This document shows, in pieces, positions 12,440 through 24,914 of a stretch of 64,000 nt of DNA. Numbering within the stretch: position 1 is the stretch's first letter; every line of letters begins with the position of its first letter. Location of the stretch: assembly GCA_965649765.1 (NCBI GenBank), contig OZ287760.1, forward strand, positions 6,448,001-6,512,000. Direction: 5' to 3'. The notes under the pieces were generated by a model. The model searched no databases. It was not told the origin of the DNA and saw only the letters and a program-made list of their open reading frames with translations. The stretch is from Bispira polyomma. Its lineage: Eukaryota. The position numbers were made by a program, and so were the translations under genes.

Positions 12440-13104
12440 ACCAGACACAAGTTTCATGAAGAAAAGACATTGGCAGTACGTAATGTTAATTTAATATTTT
12501 GTCCAGTTACTCTATAATTTTAAACACCACTGGAGAATTCTCATAGCAAAGAACATGTTATAATTTATTAAAAGACAACATACCCCCCCCCCCCCCCCCC
12601 CGGCGCGCTCTGTGGTGCTGAGCCTTTTCTGCCCCTTGATTTTAGACATTGGATTACTGTCTTTTGTGCTGGTGCGCCTTGGAGTCCCTTTTGTTAAGGG
12701 AAGATTAAGCGCGATGAAAGTCTAATTACAATTACAATACTCGATATGTGTAATACAGAATGTATTTGTTATCGAATTCTCAATAAGGATAAGGATCAAA
12801 GCTATATTCATAAAGCAAAGATCACTTTATCTGAAAAGATAAAATATTTGATCTGGTGTTTTCTTTATTCCTCTTCTTCCCGGAAACATCTCCTGTCGGC
12901 CATATTTAATCTGTGCTGATTCAAAGTTATTTCACCAAATTGGCTGGATTAAAGTTAATCTATTATTTGATAAAAAAAAAAAAACCCAGATCAAATGGTT
13001 TGTGAATACCAACCTGATCTGATCCAAAATGATAATTTTTTTTTTTTTTAATTTGATTTGATCTTAATTTGATCCTTTTTTTATGAATACTGCCCCGGGT
13101 AAAC

Positions 13105-13530
13105 ACATCTGCTGCATCAGTAAAATGCAAGTAAAATATCACCAGTTTCCAAATTATATATATGTTGTATAAAATTTAAATATCTTTTTAATTCCAAATA
13201 TTCCAACGGTTTTTAACGCCGAGGTTCAAATGCTTCACACAAGAAAATGCCAACAACAAAATTTGAATCTTTAAAATAGAAATGTTTAGTTTAATATATA
13301 GATACACTATTTTAGTGGTGACAAATGATTGCCCTCATAAAGGGGTTGTTAATTGCTATGATACAAAAGACCTTGGTAAGTGGGTTCCACCATCATACAT
13401 GAGAAAAACAAATGCTATTGTGTGGTAAATGTCTTTGTCCTGCAACTAGAACTGAAAACACACGACCGACCATTAAGGGCTATGTACGGTGACATTGAAG
13501 GGCCAAAATGCAAACAAATTTGTAACTAAT
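13105..13530. repeat. Unclassified dispersed repeat X, copy 2
   Basis: Diverged copy of 7845-8345, followed by the same MITE arm. Confidence 0.8.
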
Positions 13531-14184
13531 TTATTACAGTTTCTGTGGACGTATTAACTAACAATTCTTATACTTAGGATAAGAATTATCTTATTAAACT
13601 TAAAAATTTTGAGTATGCAATAATTTTCTTATTCCTAGAATGAAATGGAATTTACAAAGCACTTCTTAGCCAAGAACTAATTCTTAGAATAAGAATTTTC
13701 TCAGCTAAGAATTGTGAATAGAAAAAGGGGACTAGAGCGGGGGGCAGCACTAGATGTCAGTCCTAAAAGTGACACTAATGGATTGTTTACCCCCTTTTTC
13801 TCCCTTCCAGGTTTTCTCAGGCTAATGACTAATGTTTTCTTTTCAGCTATTATACACCTGCCAACTTGGGCTTCTGCCTATAAAAACCCCTGGTTTTGAG
13901 AGTAAAGGCATCAAAATTCATCTGCCTCTCAAAGTGCTGCTAAAATTTTGTCTCAAATTTTGGGGCTCTACTTCTTCACTACTTTAGCACTTTGAAAGTG
14001 TTTGAGGATTTGGCAGAAATTGCAAACCGTTTTAACTAATTTTAGTGTTTTATTTGTTTATTTTACGTTTTAATATTTCACAAATATCACTGCAGTGAAA
14101 GGAGTTTTAGGTGTTATCGTGTTTATATGTGGAGATTTATGTGTTATAGTGATTATATGTGGTGAATATATGTGATAACAAAAT

Positions 14185-15534
14185 ATGGCTGTCGCTACGG
14201 CCTATTGCAAAAAATGTGGAAAGCATCACCCACGACCTGTGGGTAAAAATTGTGTTCAGGATATAATTAACCAGAGTTCTTCCCATGTGCATGCCCAGGA
14301 TACAGCCGGCCAAGCTACTGGTAGTCACTCAACCAGAAGACGGTCTCGACAGCATGTAGATGCTTCTGTGGCCTCCGATACCTCTCCGCGTCAGTCACAA
14401 GGTGAATCGGGCAAGCTAGACTTCATTATAAGTAAATTGCAAAGTTTGGAGGAGCGTGTTAACGACGTCCAGAGGGAACAAAGGGACAACAGATCCAAGA
14501 ACGTCACTTTTCCAGAGACAAGGCATCGTCCCGGGCGGTTTTCTCCTGACAGAGCTGGGTATGTGCCAGAAGCAAGCGGTCATGCACGTCATAGCTCCCC
14601 CACCCAAGCGGGATTTCATCCTGATAGTCCTGAAGGTGAGGAAGTTTCCATGGCTGATAGAGACTGGGAACGACTGATGGACGACATCGAGTTTGAGCGA
14701 CGAGGGGGCCTGCCTGGTATGACAAGAAGACCTAGGGCTGCTGCTGCTAAGAGAGGACGCCAGGAAGATGCCAGACTTGCAGATACCGGACACTTTGACT
14801 ATCACGATTCTGAGGATTTGCTACTACTGAGCCAACAGTACTTATGCACAAACGACTACATTCAACGCCAAGTCGACGCACGTTTGCAACGTCATAAAAC
14901 CAGGTTGGCCTCCTCACCAGAGGAGTTAGGTAAGAAATTAAAATCAGGTCTACAACGTACAGGTGAACACACCATTAAAAAACACATTAATTGGCCCCAT
15001 GAGCACTGTTATGTTAATTCTAGTAGGAAATACCCGGCATATGAAGAACTGACTCTACTCATGTGGTTTCAGGGTTATTTGCAATGTATGATAGAAGAAC
15101 CGGATAATACAATTAAAGATAACATGATGCAGTACGGGGTTCAGCTCATGAGAGATGCCATGGAAACTTCCTGGTATACTGCTAAAAGCGCTCATTGTGT
15201 CTTACTTCTCGAAATGGAGAAGGGTAAAGTCGATTGGCAGAATCTTAGGGCAGTGTAGGAAATTAGGGCTCGCCTTACTCAGCGTACAATCAAAGAAAGT
15301 ATACGTGATACTCGTGATTCAAATGTCTCAAAAAATAAGGGCAAAACTGTACCCTGTACTGTCTATAACAAGGGAACCTGTACTCAAATGGGGGATCATA
15401 TGTTTGCAGGTATGACCTTGAAGCACGGTTGTGCAAAATGTTTCAACACTAATAAAAAATTCAGTGCTCACAGGGAGATCAATTGCAAGGGGTCGGAAAA
15501 CAGGAAAAGCCTCCAGCCTACCCCCAAAAAATAA
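14185..15534 (+). CDS. ORF1 gag-like protein of YR retrotransposon (one in-frame TAG at 15256)
   Basis: N-terminal CKKCGKHHPRPVGKNC; core GKKLKSG..WPHEH..YEELTLLMWFQG. The frame continues past the TAG into a C-terminal Cys/His cluster (CTVYNKGTC..H..HGCAKC..H..C) and ends at TAA 15534. Confidence 0.8.
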
Positions 15535-15913
15535 AGATCAAATCAAAAACTTTTTGGAACAGAGCTTGGCTGGAGGCATTTGCTAAAACAAAAAATTCTA
15601 ATGAAACAAAAAATTTAAATTCTCAAAATGAAATTTCTGTGGGAGCAAAACAAGGAAAACAAGGTGAGGTCATGGAAAAACAAAAATTCCCGCCCACCAC
15701 TACCCTTATAATTGATCCTAAAGTCGTAAACAATGTGTCACAATGTCAAAAACTTTTTGTTCAGAAAGTATGTTCAACAAAACAACAAATACCGTCTCCC
15801 CCCCCTAGAAGGGGGGATATTGTTGCATCACCTGTGTTTCCAATTAAAAAACAAAAATTCCCGCCTACCACTACCCTTACAATTGATCATAAGGTTGTAA
15901 ACAATATGTCAGA

Positions 15914-17146
15914 ATGTCAAGAGCTCTGTGTTCAAAAAGTATGTCAAAACAAACAACAAATCTCGTCTCCCCCCTGGTAGGGGGGATATTGTTGTATTAC
16001 CTGTGTCTCCAATGTCAGAATTGGTTCAATTATGTTCTGCTGTTCAAACAGTTAAACCTCGGGGCAGCCCCCCCTCAATTAAACCTAAAAATGACATTTG
16101 TGCTACAAGGCACTCAACCAATAACAAACAAAAGTTTGTCAAGACAAAGGAAAATTTTGGGTTCATGTGCTTATACAAGCCAGTGTACATACACAAATGA
16201 TATCAAATATACCACATTGGGAGAATGGGCAATGTTGTCAAATGCAAGGGTTAATCAGTACGGTTGCCCTAATTATCTGGGAGCTAGGCTGTCAGTCCCC
16301 TCAGAATTAAATATCTCTGCATGGCGAAATTTGTTAAAAAACGACCCTGACGTCTTATTGCCTGAATACTTAGAATTTGGCTTTCCATTGTGTATACAAA
16401 AAGAAGGATTTGTGTTTAACTCTGTAGCCAAAAACCATGATTCAGCCATACAAAACCCACAGAGTGTAGATCAATATTTTATTACAGAAAGACTTCACAA
16501 GGCCATAGCAGGCCCATTTCAAAATAAACCATTTCAAAAATTGCATTTCTCACCAGTTATGACCAGACCCAAAAGTGACAACACTCGAAGAATTATAGTA
16601 GATTTGTCATGGCCGCATGACAGTTCCTCTGTGAATAATGCCGTATTAAATGGGGTGTACGATGCACATGACTTTCGCCTTACTCTTCCAAATATTGATA
16701 TGTTAGTTGAAAGAATTAATGACCTTGACCCTGATTGCCTATTGTACAAGGTCGATTTGTCCAGGGCGTTTAGAAATTTACGCATAGACCCTGCCGATTA
16801 CAATTATGCTGCCCTTAAATGGAACAATCAGACATATATAGATCTATCGGTCATGATGGGCTACAAGCATGGCACGGCTCTTTGTGAAAAGGTCACTGAC
16901 GCATTACGTCGAAACATGCTTAGCAAAAATTATCACATATACAACTACATCGACGATGTATTTGCGGCTGAGAAACCCAATCAAGCTGAACAATCATTTG
17001 ACACCTTATATGCGCTTATTGAAAACTTGGGTCTTCCAATAAACCCAAATAAAGTGGAAAAACCCACAGAATCAATTACCTGCATGGGTATTATAGTAAA
17101 TGCGCGCATGGGAATTTTAACAATCCCCCCCACAAAAAATGAATGA
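15914..17146 (+). CDS. Reverse transcriptase of YR retrotransposon
   Basis: RIIVDLSWP, LYKVDLSRAFRNLRIDP, YIDLSVMMG and YNYIDDV motifs. Frameshifted at both ends. Confidence 0.92.
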   Translation: MSRALCSKSMSKQTTNLVSPLVGGILLYYLCLQCQNWFNYVLLFKQLNLGAAPPQLNLKMTFVLQGTQPITNKSLSRQRKILGSCAYTSQCTYTNDIKYTTLGEWAMLSNARVNQYGCPNYLGARLSVPSELNISAWRNLLKNDPDVLLPEYLEFGFPLCIQKEGFVFNSVAKNHDSAIQNPQSVDQYFITERLHKAIAGPFQNKPFQKLHFSPVMTRPKSDNTRRIIVDLSWPHDSSSVNNAVLNGVYDAHDFRLTLPNIDMLVERINDLDPDCLLYKVDLSRAFRNLRIDPADYNYAALKWNNQTYIDLSVMMGYKHGTALCEKVTDALRRNMLSKNYHIYNYIDDVFAAEKPNQAEQSFDTLYALIENLGLPINPNKVEKPTESITCMGIIVNARMGILTIPPTKNE

Positions 17147-17870
17147 CATACGTGAGCTATGCCAACAATGGCAAGGGCGTTCAAAATGTAATAGAAAACA
17201 ATTGCAATCGTTACTAGGAAAACTCCTCTATATCCATAGATGTGTCAAACCTGCCAGACTTTTCCTTAATAGAATGTTGGCATTATTACGTGACTCCTAC
17301 CCCAGTGTTGACATAAATTTAAATGATGATTTCAGGCGTGATCTTAATTGGTTCTTGGTCTTTCTACAATCATTCAATGGGGTTGTGGAAATGCATACAA
17401 ATAATACCCCCAGTCATGAAATGTTTGTAGATGCCTCCCTCACTGGAGTGGGGGCGGTGTACAATAACAATGTCTATGCAGCCACTTACACAGTCAACAA
17501 GCCAATTGGTTTCACCATTGTGCATTATGAAATGTGGAATGTCTTAGTGGCGCTAAGGAAATGGGGCACATTATGTCAAAACACAGTGTTAAACATATGG
17601 TGCGACAATTTGGCAGTAGTCCAAACAATTAACTCAGGAAAAATCAGAGAAAAGTTCCGGCCCTTATTGCTAGAGCAATATGGCTTGAAGTTGCCATATA
17701 TAACATAAAGTTGACTTTATCTCATGTACCCGGAACAAATAATGTCCTGGCTGACTGCCTTTCTAGAATGTTCTCTCCACTGCCAATAAAGCCAAATATC
17801 TTAGCACAATTACAGGGAAAAAATTGGTGTACCATTACTGATCAAGATTTCACTCCAAATTATAATATTC
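17139..17870 (+). pseudogene. RNase H (DIRS1-type) of YR retrotransposon, frameshifted
   Basis: LQSLLGKL, FVDASLTGVG, IVHYEMWNV, WCDNLAVV, then in another frame HVPGTNNVLADCLSR. Confidence 0.88.
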
Positions 17871-17890
17871 AGTATATTTCACACTTGCAG

Positions 17891-18849
17891 GTTCACCAAA
17901 GGAAACCTATCTACACTCAGCTGCCTTAAAAAGACTACCTCATGCATTTACAGAAAAGACCCTCCATTCCTATTCACAGTGTATTAGACTGTACTTAGCA
18001 TTAGCAGTGTCATTGTCAGTACGGGATTATACCACAATCAAATTCTTATTAGTCTACCTAGCACAACAGGGACTTAAACCTCCCTCCATCCAAAATTATA
18101 TTGCTGCAATAAAGTTTCACTTCCATTTATGGGGTGTTTCCACCCTTCCATTTCAACACCTTCAAATAAAACTGTTCATGAAATCACTTACACTCTCCAC
18201 CCCTTATAACCCAAGATTGAAATCAATTATCTCAATCCCCATACTCAGGGACATTATCAACCAATGTGACTCTTTTCATCATGCACACGTATACCAAGCT
18301 ATATTTCTAATAGCATTCTTCAGCTTCTTTAGACTTTCCAATCTTGTCCCTTCTTCTTTCTCAAATTTTGATCCTATTAGACATCTTACAGTTCAAGACC
18401 TCATCTGGGGTCATCCTGGTGTACACATCATTCTTCAATGGGCTAAAAACCTTCAACGTTATAATCAGTTTCATGTAGTCCAACTCCCTTTCATAAAAAA
18501 TTCCTTATTATGTCCTATGACTGCTCTTCGTGTCATGTTACACATCAATAAAACTAAACCTTCATCCCCTTTGTTTACTGAGACAGAAAATCCACATGTA
18601 CCCATCACTCAATATAAAGTGAGAAAAGTGTTATGAGACATCATATTACGACTCAATTTAAATCCACAAGCTTTTACATTTCATGCATTTCATCGCTCGG
18701 GTGCGACTTTTGCTTTTGAAAACAACGTTGACCTCCAATCCATCATGATTCATGGAGGTTGGCGCCCTCAAGCCGTCTGGGCTTACCTCAATTCAACACC
18801 CAATGCTGCTGCCACAGTGGCTACTTCACTTCGAAATATCCTACAATAA
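17891..18849 (+). pseudogene. Tyrosine recombinase (in-frame TGA at 18634)
   Basis: FFSFFRLSNL, WAK, FHAFHRSGAT (the Arg of HxxR replaced by His), HGGW and AVWAYL; stop at 18849. Begins at a splice acceptor with no ATG. Confidence 0.88.
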
Positions 18850-20819
18850 CCTACAACACCAAGTCTGGGCTCTTTGGGGCAATCTTTCTTTACATTTATA
18901 CGTTTTTATACCAGTAATTTGTTATTTATATGTTTTATCATTATCTTTTATTGTTAATGCTTATACATTGCATGTGCTTCAATAGAATATTTAATGCAGC
19001 ATGTCCTTACTTACATTAACTAATCCATGCAGCTGTGTTAGTTATAAACTTGCTTAGTATTACTTCTCTAAAGCAATTACACTTAAATGCAAGTATATGC
19101 AGTTCATAGTTAAGTACATGATACAAACTTAACTTATGTGAAAATAATAGGATTGTAACTATTGTAAATGTTGTTATTAAGTACAGTTAAGTGCATTAGT
19201 GATTAGCTTAACTGTGATGTTACGTATTATTTTCTATCAAAACCATGTACATAGAATAGTAGTAGATTACTAATTTTAGTTATGTAGATGTATTAAAACT
19301 AATAAAAACCCAAAGAGTGCCTTTTTAATGACTTGGTGTTCCTCTGCCTTCTCACTCAAACTCACACCTTAGGAAGTGGTGATTCATATTGTAGATACTT
19401 ATATTTCAATGGAACGTACATGGACTGCACGTATGTTTTGTGATAATGAAGTGACTACAATATTCTCATCTCCAAACATGGAGAATAAGACATTAGTGAA
19501 TACCAAAATTATTATATGTAGAATTATTCTTAGAAATCTAAGAATAACAGGAATTTTAAGAGTAGGAATGTTTTTGAAATAGGTCTCATATCTTCTTGGT
19601 GAAGGTGATGCAAATATCCAACTCCAGCTTTAGGAAATCTAAATGGTTTATAAAAATGAATAGTCATCAAATACAGAAGAATGCCATGTCTTTTTCTCAA
19701 GTTAAGTTAACTTAAGGTCCTGACCATTCTTAGAATCAACAATCATTCTTCGCAAAAAAAAGTTAAGAATAAGAATTTAGTATATTAATATTCTTGTACT
19801 TATAATTATTATACTTACAAATCCTAGGTTTTATAAGAATACGAATGTTAGTGAATACAGCCCCATTAGTCGAAGATCAGTTTCACAAAACCGGTTTTAC
19901 AAATTGAAAAAAATGACCCAAATCAACATCTTTTGGCTGAGAGGGTCACTTTAAGGTTTCTAAGTGTGAGTATCAACGATTTTAAGGAAATTCAAAGCAG
20001 GCATTTTAAGGTCACTCGTGTGAATTTTAAGGTGTATTTATTTTCGTATTTGTTAATTCAGTCTTAATTTGTGTAAAACCACCATTTAAAATTGGCACTT
20101 GTGAGCCATTTTAGTAGGTTGAGGTAACCTCCATTTTCACGGTGTCATTTCACATTAGTCCGTTTTAATTTTTAGTCCATATGTTTATATTCAGGTAAAC
20201 AAAAAGGTAAAGCTAGTTTGTCCCAAGGTCACGCAGTATAAAACATACTAGAGTGACAGTTAGAGAGGAGGTGGTGTTTACTGTGTGTATGTGTCTTCTT
20301 TTTCTGGCACGCCCCATAAATTATAATTGATAATTACACCCTCTCCTCTTGCTCATGTCTAGGTCTCACTTGTTTGATTTTTGGGAAAAAAGAAGACTTT
20401 CATGCGGGAGTGAGCGCTGTAGAGAAGTCGGTTGCACATATTTGTCCTGTGGTCGAGTTTAGAAGCTGCATCCAACTATTTTTCTGATATAAATATAAAT
20501 ATATATGTAAACACATTATGGATAGTTCACATTTTCAAGACTGTCCATGTGTAGCAGATACCCTACTTATTATGTGTGTTGTCTTTAAGCAATCTCACCA
20601 AAGGAAATCGTCTCTCCACCTGTGAATTCTTAGAAAGTTCTTACCCACAAAACTGGCTGGTTCAAAACTACTGAGTAGAATAGTGTCCCTTGCCAGTCCT
20701 CGCACTGACACATTGATTCCAGGCTTCAGGAAAAAGCTCAAAATACATCTGTATCAACCCTCTTTTCCGCCTCAACATTCGTCTGCTGGTTACGACTGAA
20801 CTCTGATCACACATCTTCA

Positions 20820-21380
20820 TTTGGCAGCTAATACAAAAATGCTAATTGGACAGAAACCAGTGATGCAAATCAAGTCCTAAAATATGTAGTCCTCAGTATG
20901 CATGACCATTGCTAAAAATCGGTTGTTGTTCTTTTTTTTCTATGTTGAAAGTCTTGACTTAAATATGTTGGTATAAATACTTTGTTTACTATACTTTATA
21001 TATTGATTCCAAATTCAGTAGACCATTCAGGATAGTCCTTTCGTAGCCACAAATGCCTTGCAGCATATGTGGGCATTTCTTTGGCTTTATATCCGTCCAA
21101 ATAGTTACACCATAGAGTCATCTTATTTATTAAGTTTTTTGTCCAAAGTTCTTCTAGGTGACCTGTTAACTTGGGTGGTATAGTATCTGTTAAAATAGTA
21201 TCTGTTAAAATATATGAAAAAATATCTTCTGTTCTCATGCAATACTTTGCATATGTTGTGCAAAAAGCCTGAAATAAATCTTTGAACCAGTGTACGATGC
21301 ACACATTTGTACACATGAACTTTGCAAATGTGCAGCTTGCAAGATGTTGATATATATATTTATGTATTTACAAGAGAATG
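20820..21380 (-). repeat. Unclassified coding-like dispersed repeat Y, copy 1 (continues 22165-22280 after an L2 insertion)
   Basis: Aligns with 52640-54100 (GCTAATTGxACAGAAACCAGTGAT; TGCAGCTTGCAAGATG; TATCAATCTAAATTGATTTCAGT). Confidence 0.75.
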
Positions 21381-21389
21381 AAACAGGTT

Positions 21390-22165
21390 AGAAACCTTAT
21401 ATCCTAGGGTTGGAGGACTAAAGTGATATATCGTTGGAAAGCCGTCACAAATGTTGCTGATTTTTTCTATGAAAAATTTTCGAAATTTTTCGGCTAAAAA
21501 TGTAAGGCAGTGGTTTGTGAGGTGAACTTTCTCCGATGTTTAATGTAGAATTTTCTCTATGGAGGCCCATAACCTTTTGGGATTATCCTTATTTTTACTG
21601 ATGATAGAGTCGTAATGTTGCTTTTTGGCATCAGATATTAGCCTGTTGTAATTATTTATGGCGATACGGTAACGGCTTCTGTCAAAGGAAGATTTTGTGC
21701 GTCACCATTGACACTCCAGTTGGCGTTTGCGTCTTTTGGCTTCTGTAATGACGGCGTTGGTCCATTCATGGGGTTATATGGGGTAAAGGTTTTAGATACC
21801 CAAGGTACATGTTTACCAATGACAGTAGAAAGGCAGTGATTGTATTGTAAGCTAAGGCTATCAGCATTTTTGCATGGATGTTGATGAGATTTGTTTCCAG
21901 GATGTCGTCTCTAAATTTGTTCAGATGTTTCTGTATTTTATGTCACGAGGTTTTTGTGAGGCAAGTATTGGTAAATTTAAATAGGCAAAGGTTGCTAGGT
22001 AATCCAAAATCCCATCAGTTACCCATGATTCTCTGATGAGATTTGAATTTGGTCTTGCGATTACCAGATCGAGTATGTAATTGTGGATGTGGGTTGAAGT
22101 GGAGATAAACTGTGAGAACCCAAATGTGTCGAAGAGGTTGTTGAAATTTTTGTTGAAATATTTTT
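21390..22165 (-). mobile_element. L2/CR1 LINE ORF2 fragment (endonuclease end and tether)
   Basis: Minus-strand translation gives STSTHIH..LDLVI and AKRRKRQLECQW..DAKKQHY..NKDNPKRLW..FFIEKI. Confidence 0.75.
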
Positions 22166-22520
22166 CAAAAGTTGTCTATTTATCATATATATTTTACTTA
22201 GACATTTTTTTGTAAAGGGGGAGTATCAATCTAAATTGATTTCAGTATCTGTTTCTGAGTAAGGCAGCCATTCCTATCATTTGCTGTCTTCTCTGTCTTC
22301 TCTGATGAGATTTGAATTTGGTCTTGTGATTACCAGATCGAGTACGCGATTGTGGATGTGGGTTGAAGTGGAGATAAACTGTGAGAACCCAAATGTGTTG
22401 AGGAGGTTGTTGAAATCTTTTGTTGAAATATTTTTCAAAAGTTGTATATTTTACTTAGACATATTTTTGTAAAGGGGGAGTATCAATCCAAATTGATTTC
22501 AGTATCTGAGTAAGGCTGGC
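22030..22520. repeat. Local tandem duplication of about 270 bp
   Basis: 22030-22260 is repeated at 22300-22520 (TCTCTGATGAGATTTGAATTTGGTCTTG...). Confidence 0.85.
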
Positions 22521-24330
22521 ATTTGTATTATTTACAGGTCTTTGCGCATAGATCGTCTATAATCATAGGATGGTATTCTGCACTACCACATGTCTGTACT
22601 GTCTGTACTTTGTCTAGACGCACCTTACTAGAATAGCCACTATTCTGAAACACCCTAGGATGAATTATATTGGATGCCCCGCCAGTGAAGGATACATTAG
22701 GTTTAGTTTTATGAAACATTAGGTTGAGTTAAGTGATTTCCCAGCCTGATCTAGCTTTAAATTTCTAAAAAGTTTGAGAATATGTAACGTCCCCCTGAAT
22801 TTCACTGGCAAATGCATCTAAGTACCTTCGTTTTATTATGTTTTAGATGGGTGGCTTTGTTTAAGAAAACAATTAGGTTCTGCATGAGTCCTTATAAAAA
22901 GCTTGACCATCATAAAGCAATAAGCACAAGCAAGACGCAGTGTGGTATTGTCCTCTATGTGGTCATTGTCATGCGTGCAATGACCCCTGTTGAAAAATTG
23001 ACAAGGCATAGCCGGTTTTTAATTTGTTTTCGTAAAACTTTGAAATGGTTGTACGGCCCTCTGAGTATATCGAGCCCTTAACACACTAACTGCTTGAAAA
23101 TCAGCCCAAGATAGTTTACCTTTCTCTATCTCTAAAAGGAAAATTTTGTGAGCTGTTTTGGTGGTAAACCACTTTGTCTCTTGGGCGTCTTGGAACAAAT
23201 CCTGACAATGTCTGAGCAAATTCTCCCTAACCCCATAATTTGATTCAGAAAGAACATATCCAATAAAGCCCTGAAAATACTGCAAAGCAGGGAGGTCATC
23301 ATAGGCAATAGTAAAATTATCCGACCCAAAACAATGCTCATGCTGCCAACCGATTTTTTCGTTTTTTAACATTATTATCACCATTTCTAAATTAGCCCGA
23401 TTTGATCTTTTTACTTTGAGCTTCTTGTTTGTGACTATCGTCTAGCACTTGTAACTGACGATCAACTTGCCTTTGTAAGGCCACATTATCATGCAAGAAC
23501 GCTGTTGAAGGTACCACCAATCTGTCAGTACTCTCAGCGTCAAGAGCAGAGTAGCCTGGAAGCCGAGGCGCCGGGTCCGGAACATAGCCCAGACGAGGGG
23601 GAGATGTTACAGCCAAATCACCACATTTAATAAGGTTTAAGTCTTTCTGGGTATCAGTCCTTACCCGTTCAATTTTGTCATCAAGTCTAGTTAAATGCTT
23701 AAGAATAGCATTAAGGTTATCTTGTACCGGGTTACCTTCCTCAGAGTGTAGAGAGGGGGTGTAACGTGCAGCAGGAGACGTCTGAAGAGGAGTGATGGAC
23801 AGCTGTGGTTGGGACATCCGTAGTTGACTACCAGCGGGATCCTCCATAGAATCTGATGACACAGCAAATGGGCAATGGTTGCCTACTGGCTTCAGATGTG
23901 TAATACTGCAGTTGAAACAAAATGCGGTTTTCTTAGCAGTTCGCTCAGGCTTTTTTAAAAAACAGTGACAATGCACTTAAAATAGTTGCTTAGTAAAAGC
24001 ACGTACTGACGGTGGACTTTCAATTCACCATACCGTGGCACTAGGACAGAGCACTAGATATCATATATCCAGTCTTCAATCTCCCCTACGCACTGGAGAA
24101 TACTCTCACTAACCACTAGTTACTACACTTCCCAGAAGTGTTTCCAAATTAATAGCAGTTGTCCACAATCCCCATGCACAGGGACACCATGGTCACAATC
24201 ACAACTCAGTAGTTTAATGGTTGTCCGTACAAAGTACACAAGGCTTTCCGTTCTGGAAATGCCACAGTCAAGTACAAAGTGCTTTAAAGGAGATACCAAT
24301 ATGAGGTAAGTGAGTTATGAAAGTGTGAGT
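22520..24330 (-). mobile_element. YR retrotransposon copy 2, 5' portion only (ORF1 remnant)
   Basis: CFNCSITHLKPVGNHC, LQRQVDRQL, SKKIKSG, WQHEHC, YDDLPALQYFQG and AHKIFLLEIEKGKLSW, all homologous to ORF1 of copy 1. Confidence 0.82.
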
Positions 24331-24914
24331 TAGTTCTAGTTAAACTTTTGTTGAACTTTTTACAAAAGGATTTGATACAAAATGACCAAATGTGGCCACC
24401 CTGTCCGAGTAGTTCTTATAGAGTTGATACCATTTATATCAAAGGTACTAGTACATTATGACAGGATACATAATGACCAAATGTGGCAAGCGTCTGGTTT
24501 GAACTTCATATCAATGGTTCCAGTACATTATGAGAAATTATTATACAGATAATACGAAATATACATATACTACACAACTCCTGTTGAACTTTATATCAAA
24601 GGTTCTAGTATATTATGACCAAATGCTGGCCACCCTGCCAGAGTAATTCTTGTCAATTCTCAGACAGTTCTGTCCCTACACATCAGACAGTACATGCTGT
24701 CTATTCACAGTGAACTGTTCACACTATCAAGTAGCCCATAATAAAAGCTACAGAACCATGCTATAGCCATACATAATAAAGCTATAGCATAATAATACAG
24801 AATAAATTTTACTGTACAACCCAGAGCTATCTACCAACACCCCGACTGAACATGACTGTGGCCATTCATGCCTCAATGTTGTCTTAAGGTTTTTTCAGGA
24901 GTTGGCACCATTTC

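Larger units (their letters stand above)
13722..19370 (+). mobile_element. Tyrosine-recombinase retrotransposon (DIRS/Ngaro-like), copy 1, near full length, apparently inserted in a Harbinger-like MITE
   Basis: Gene order ORF1 (gag-like), RT, RNase H, YR. TATAAAA near 13879 and AATAAA near 19301. MITE-like sequence on both sides (13547-13720; about 19400-19590). Confidence 0.9.

Noticed and set aside
15256-15258. Programmed stop-codon readthrough in ORF1
   Set aside because: Copies 2 and 3 have sense codons in this region and copy 1 has other lesions, so a nonsense mutation is more likely.
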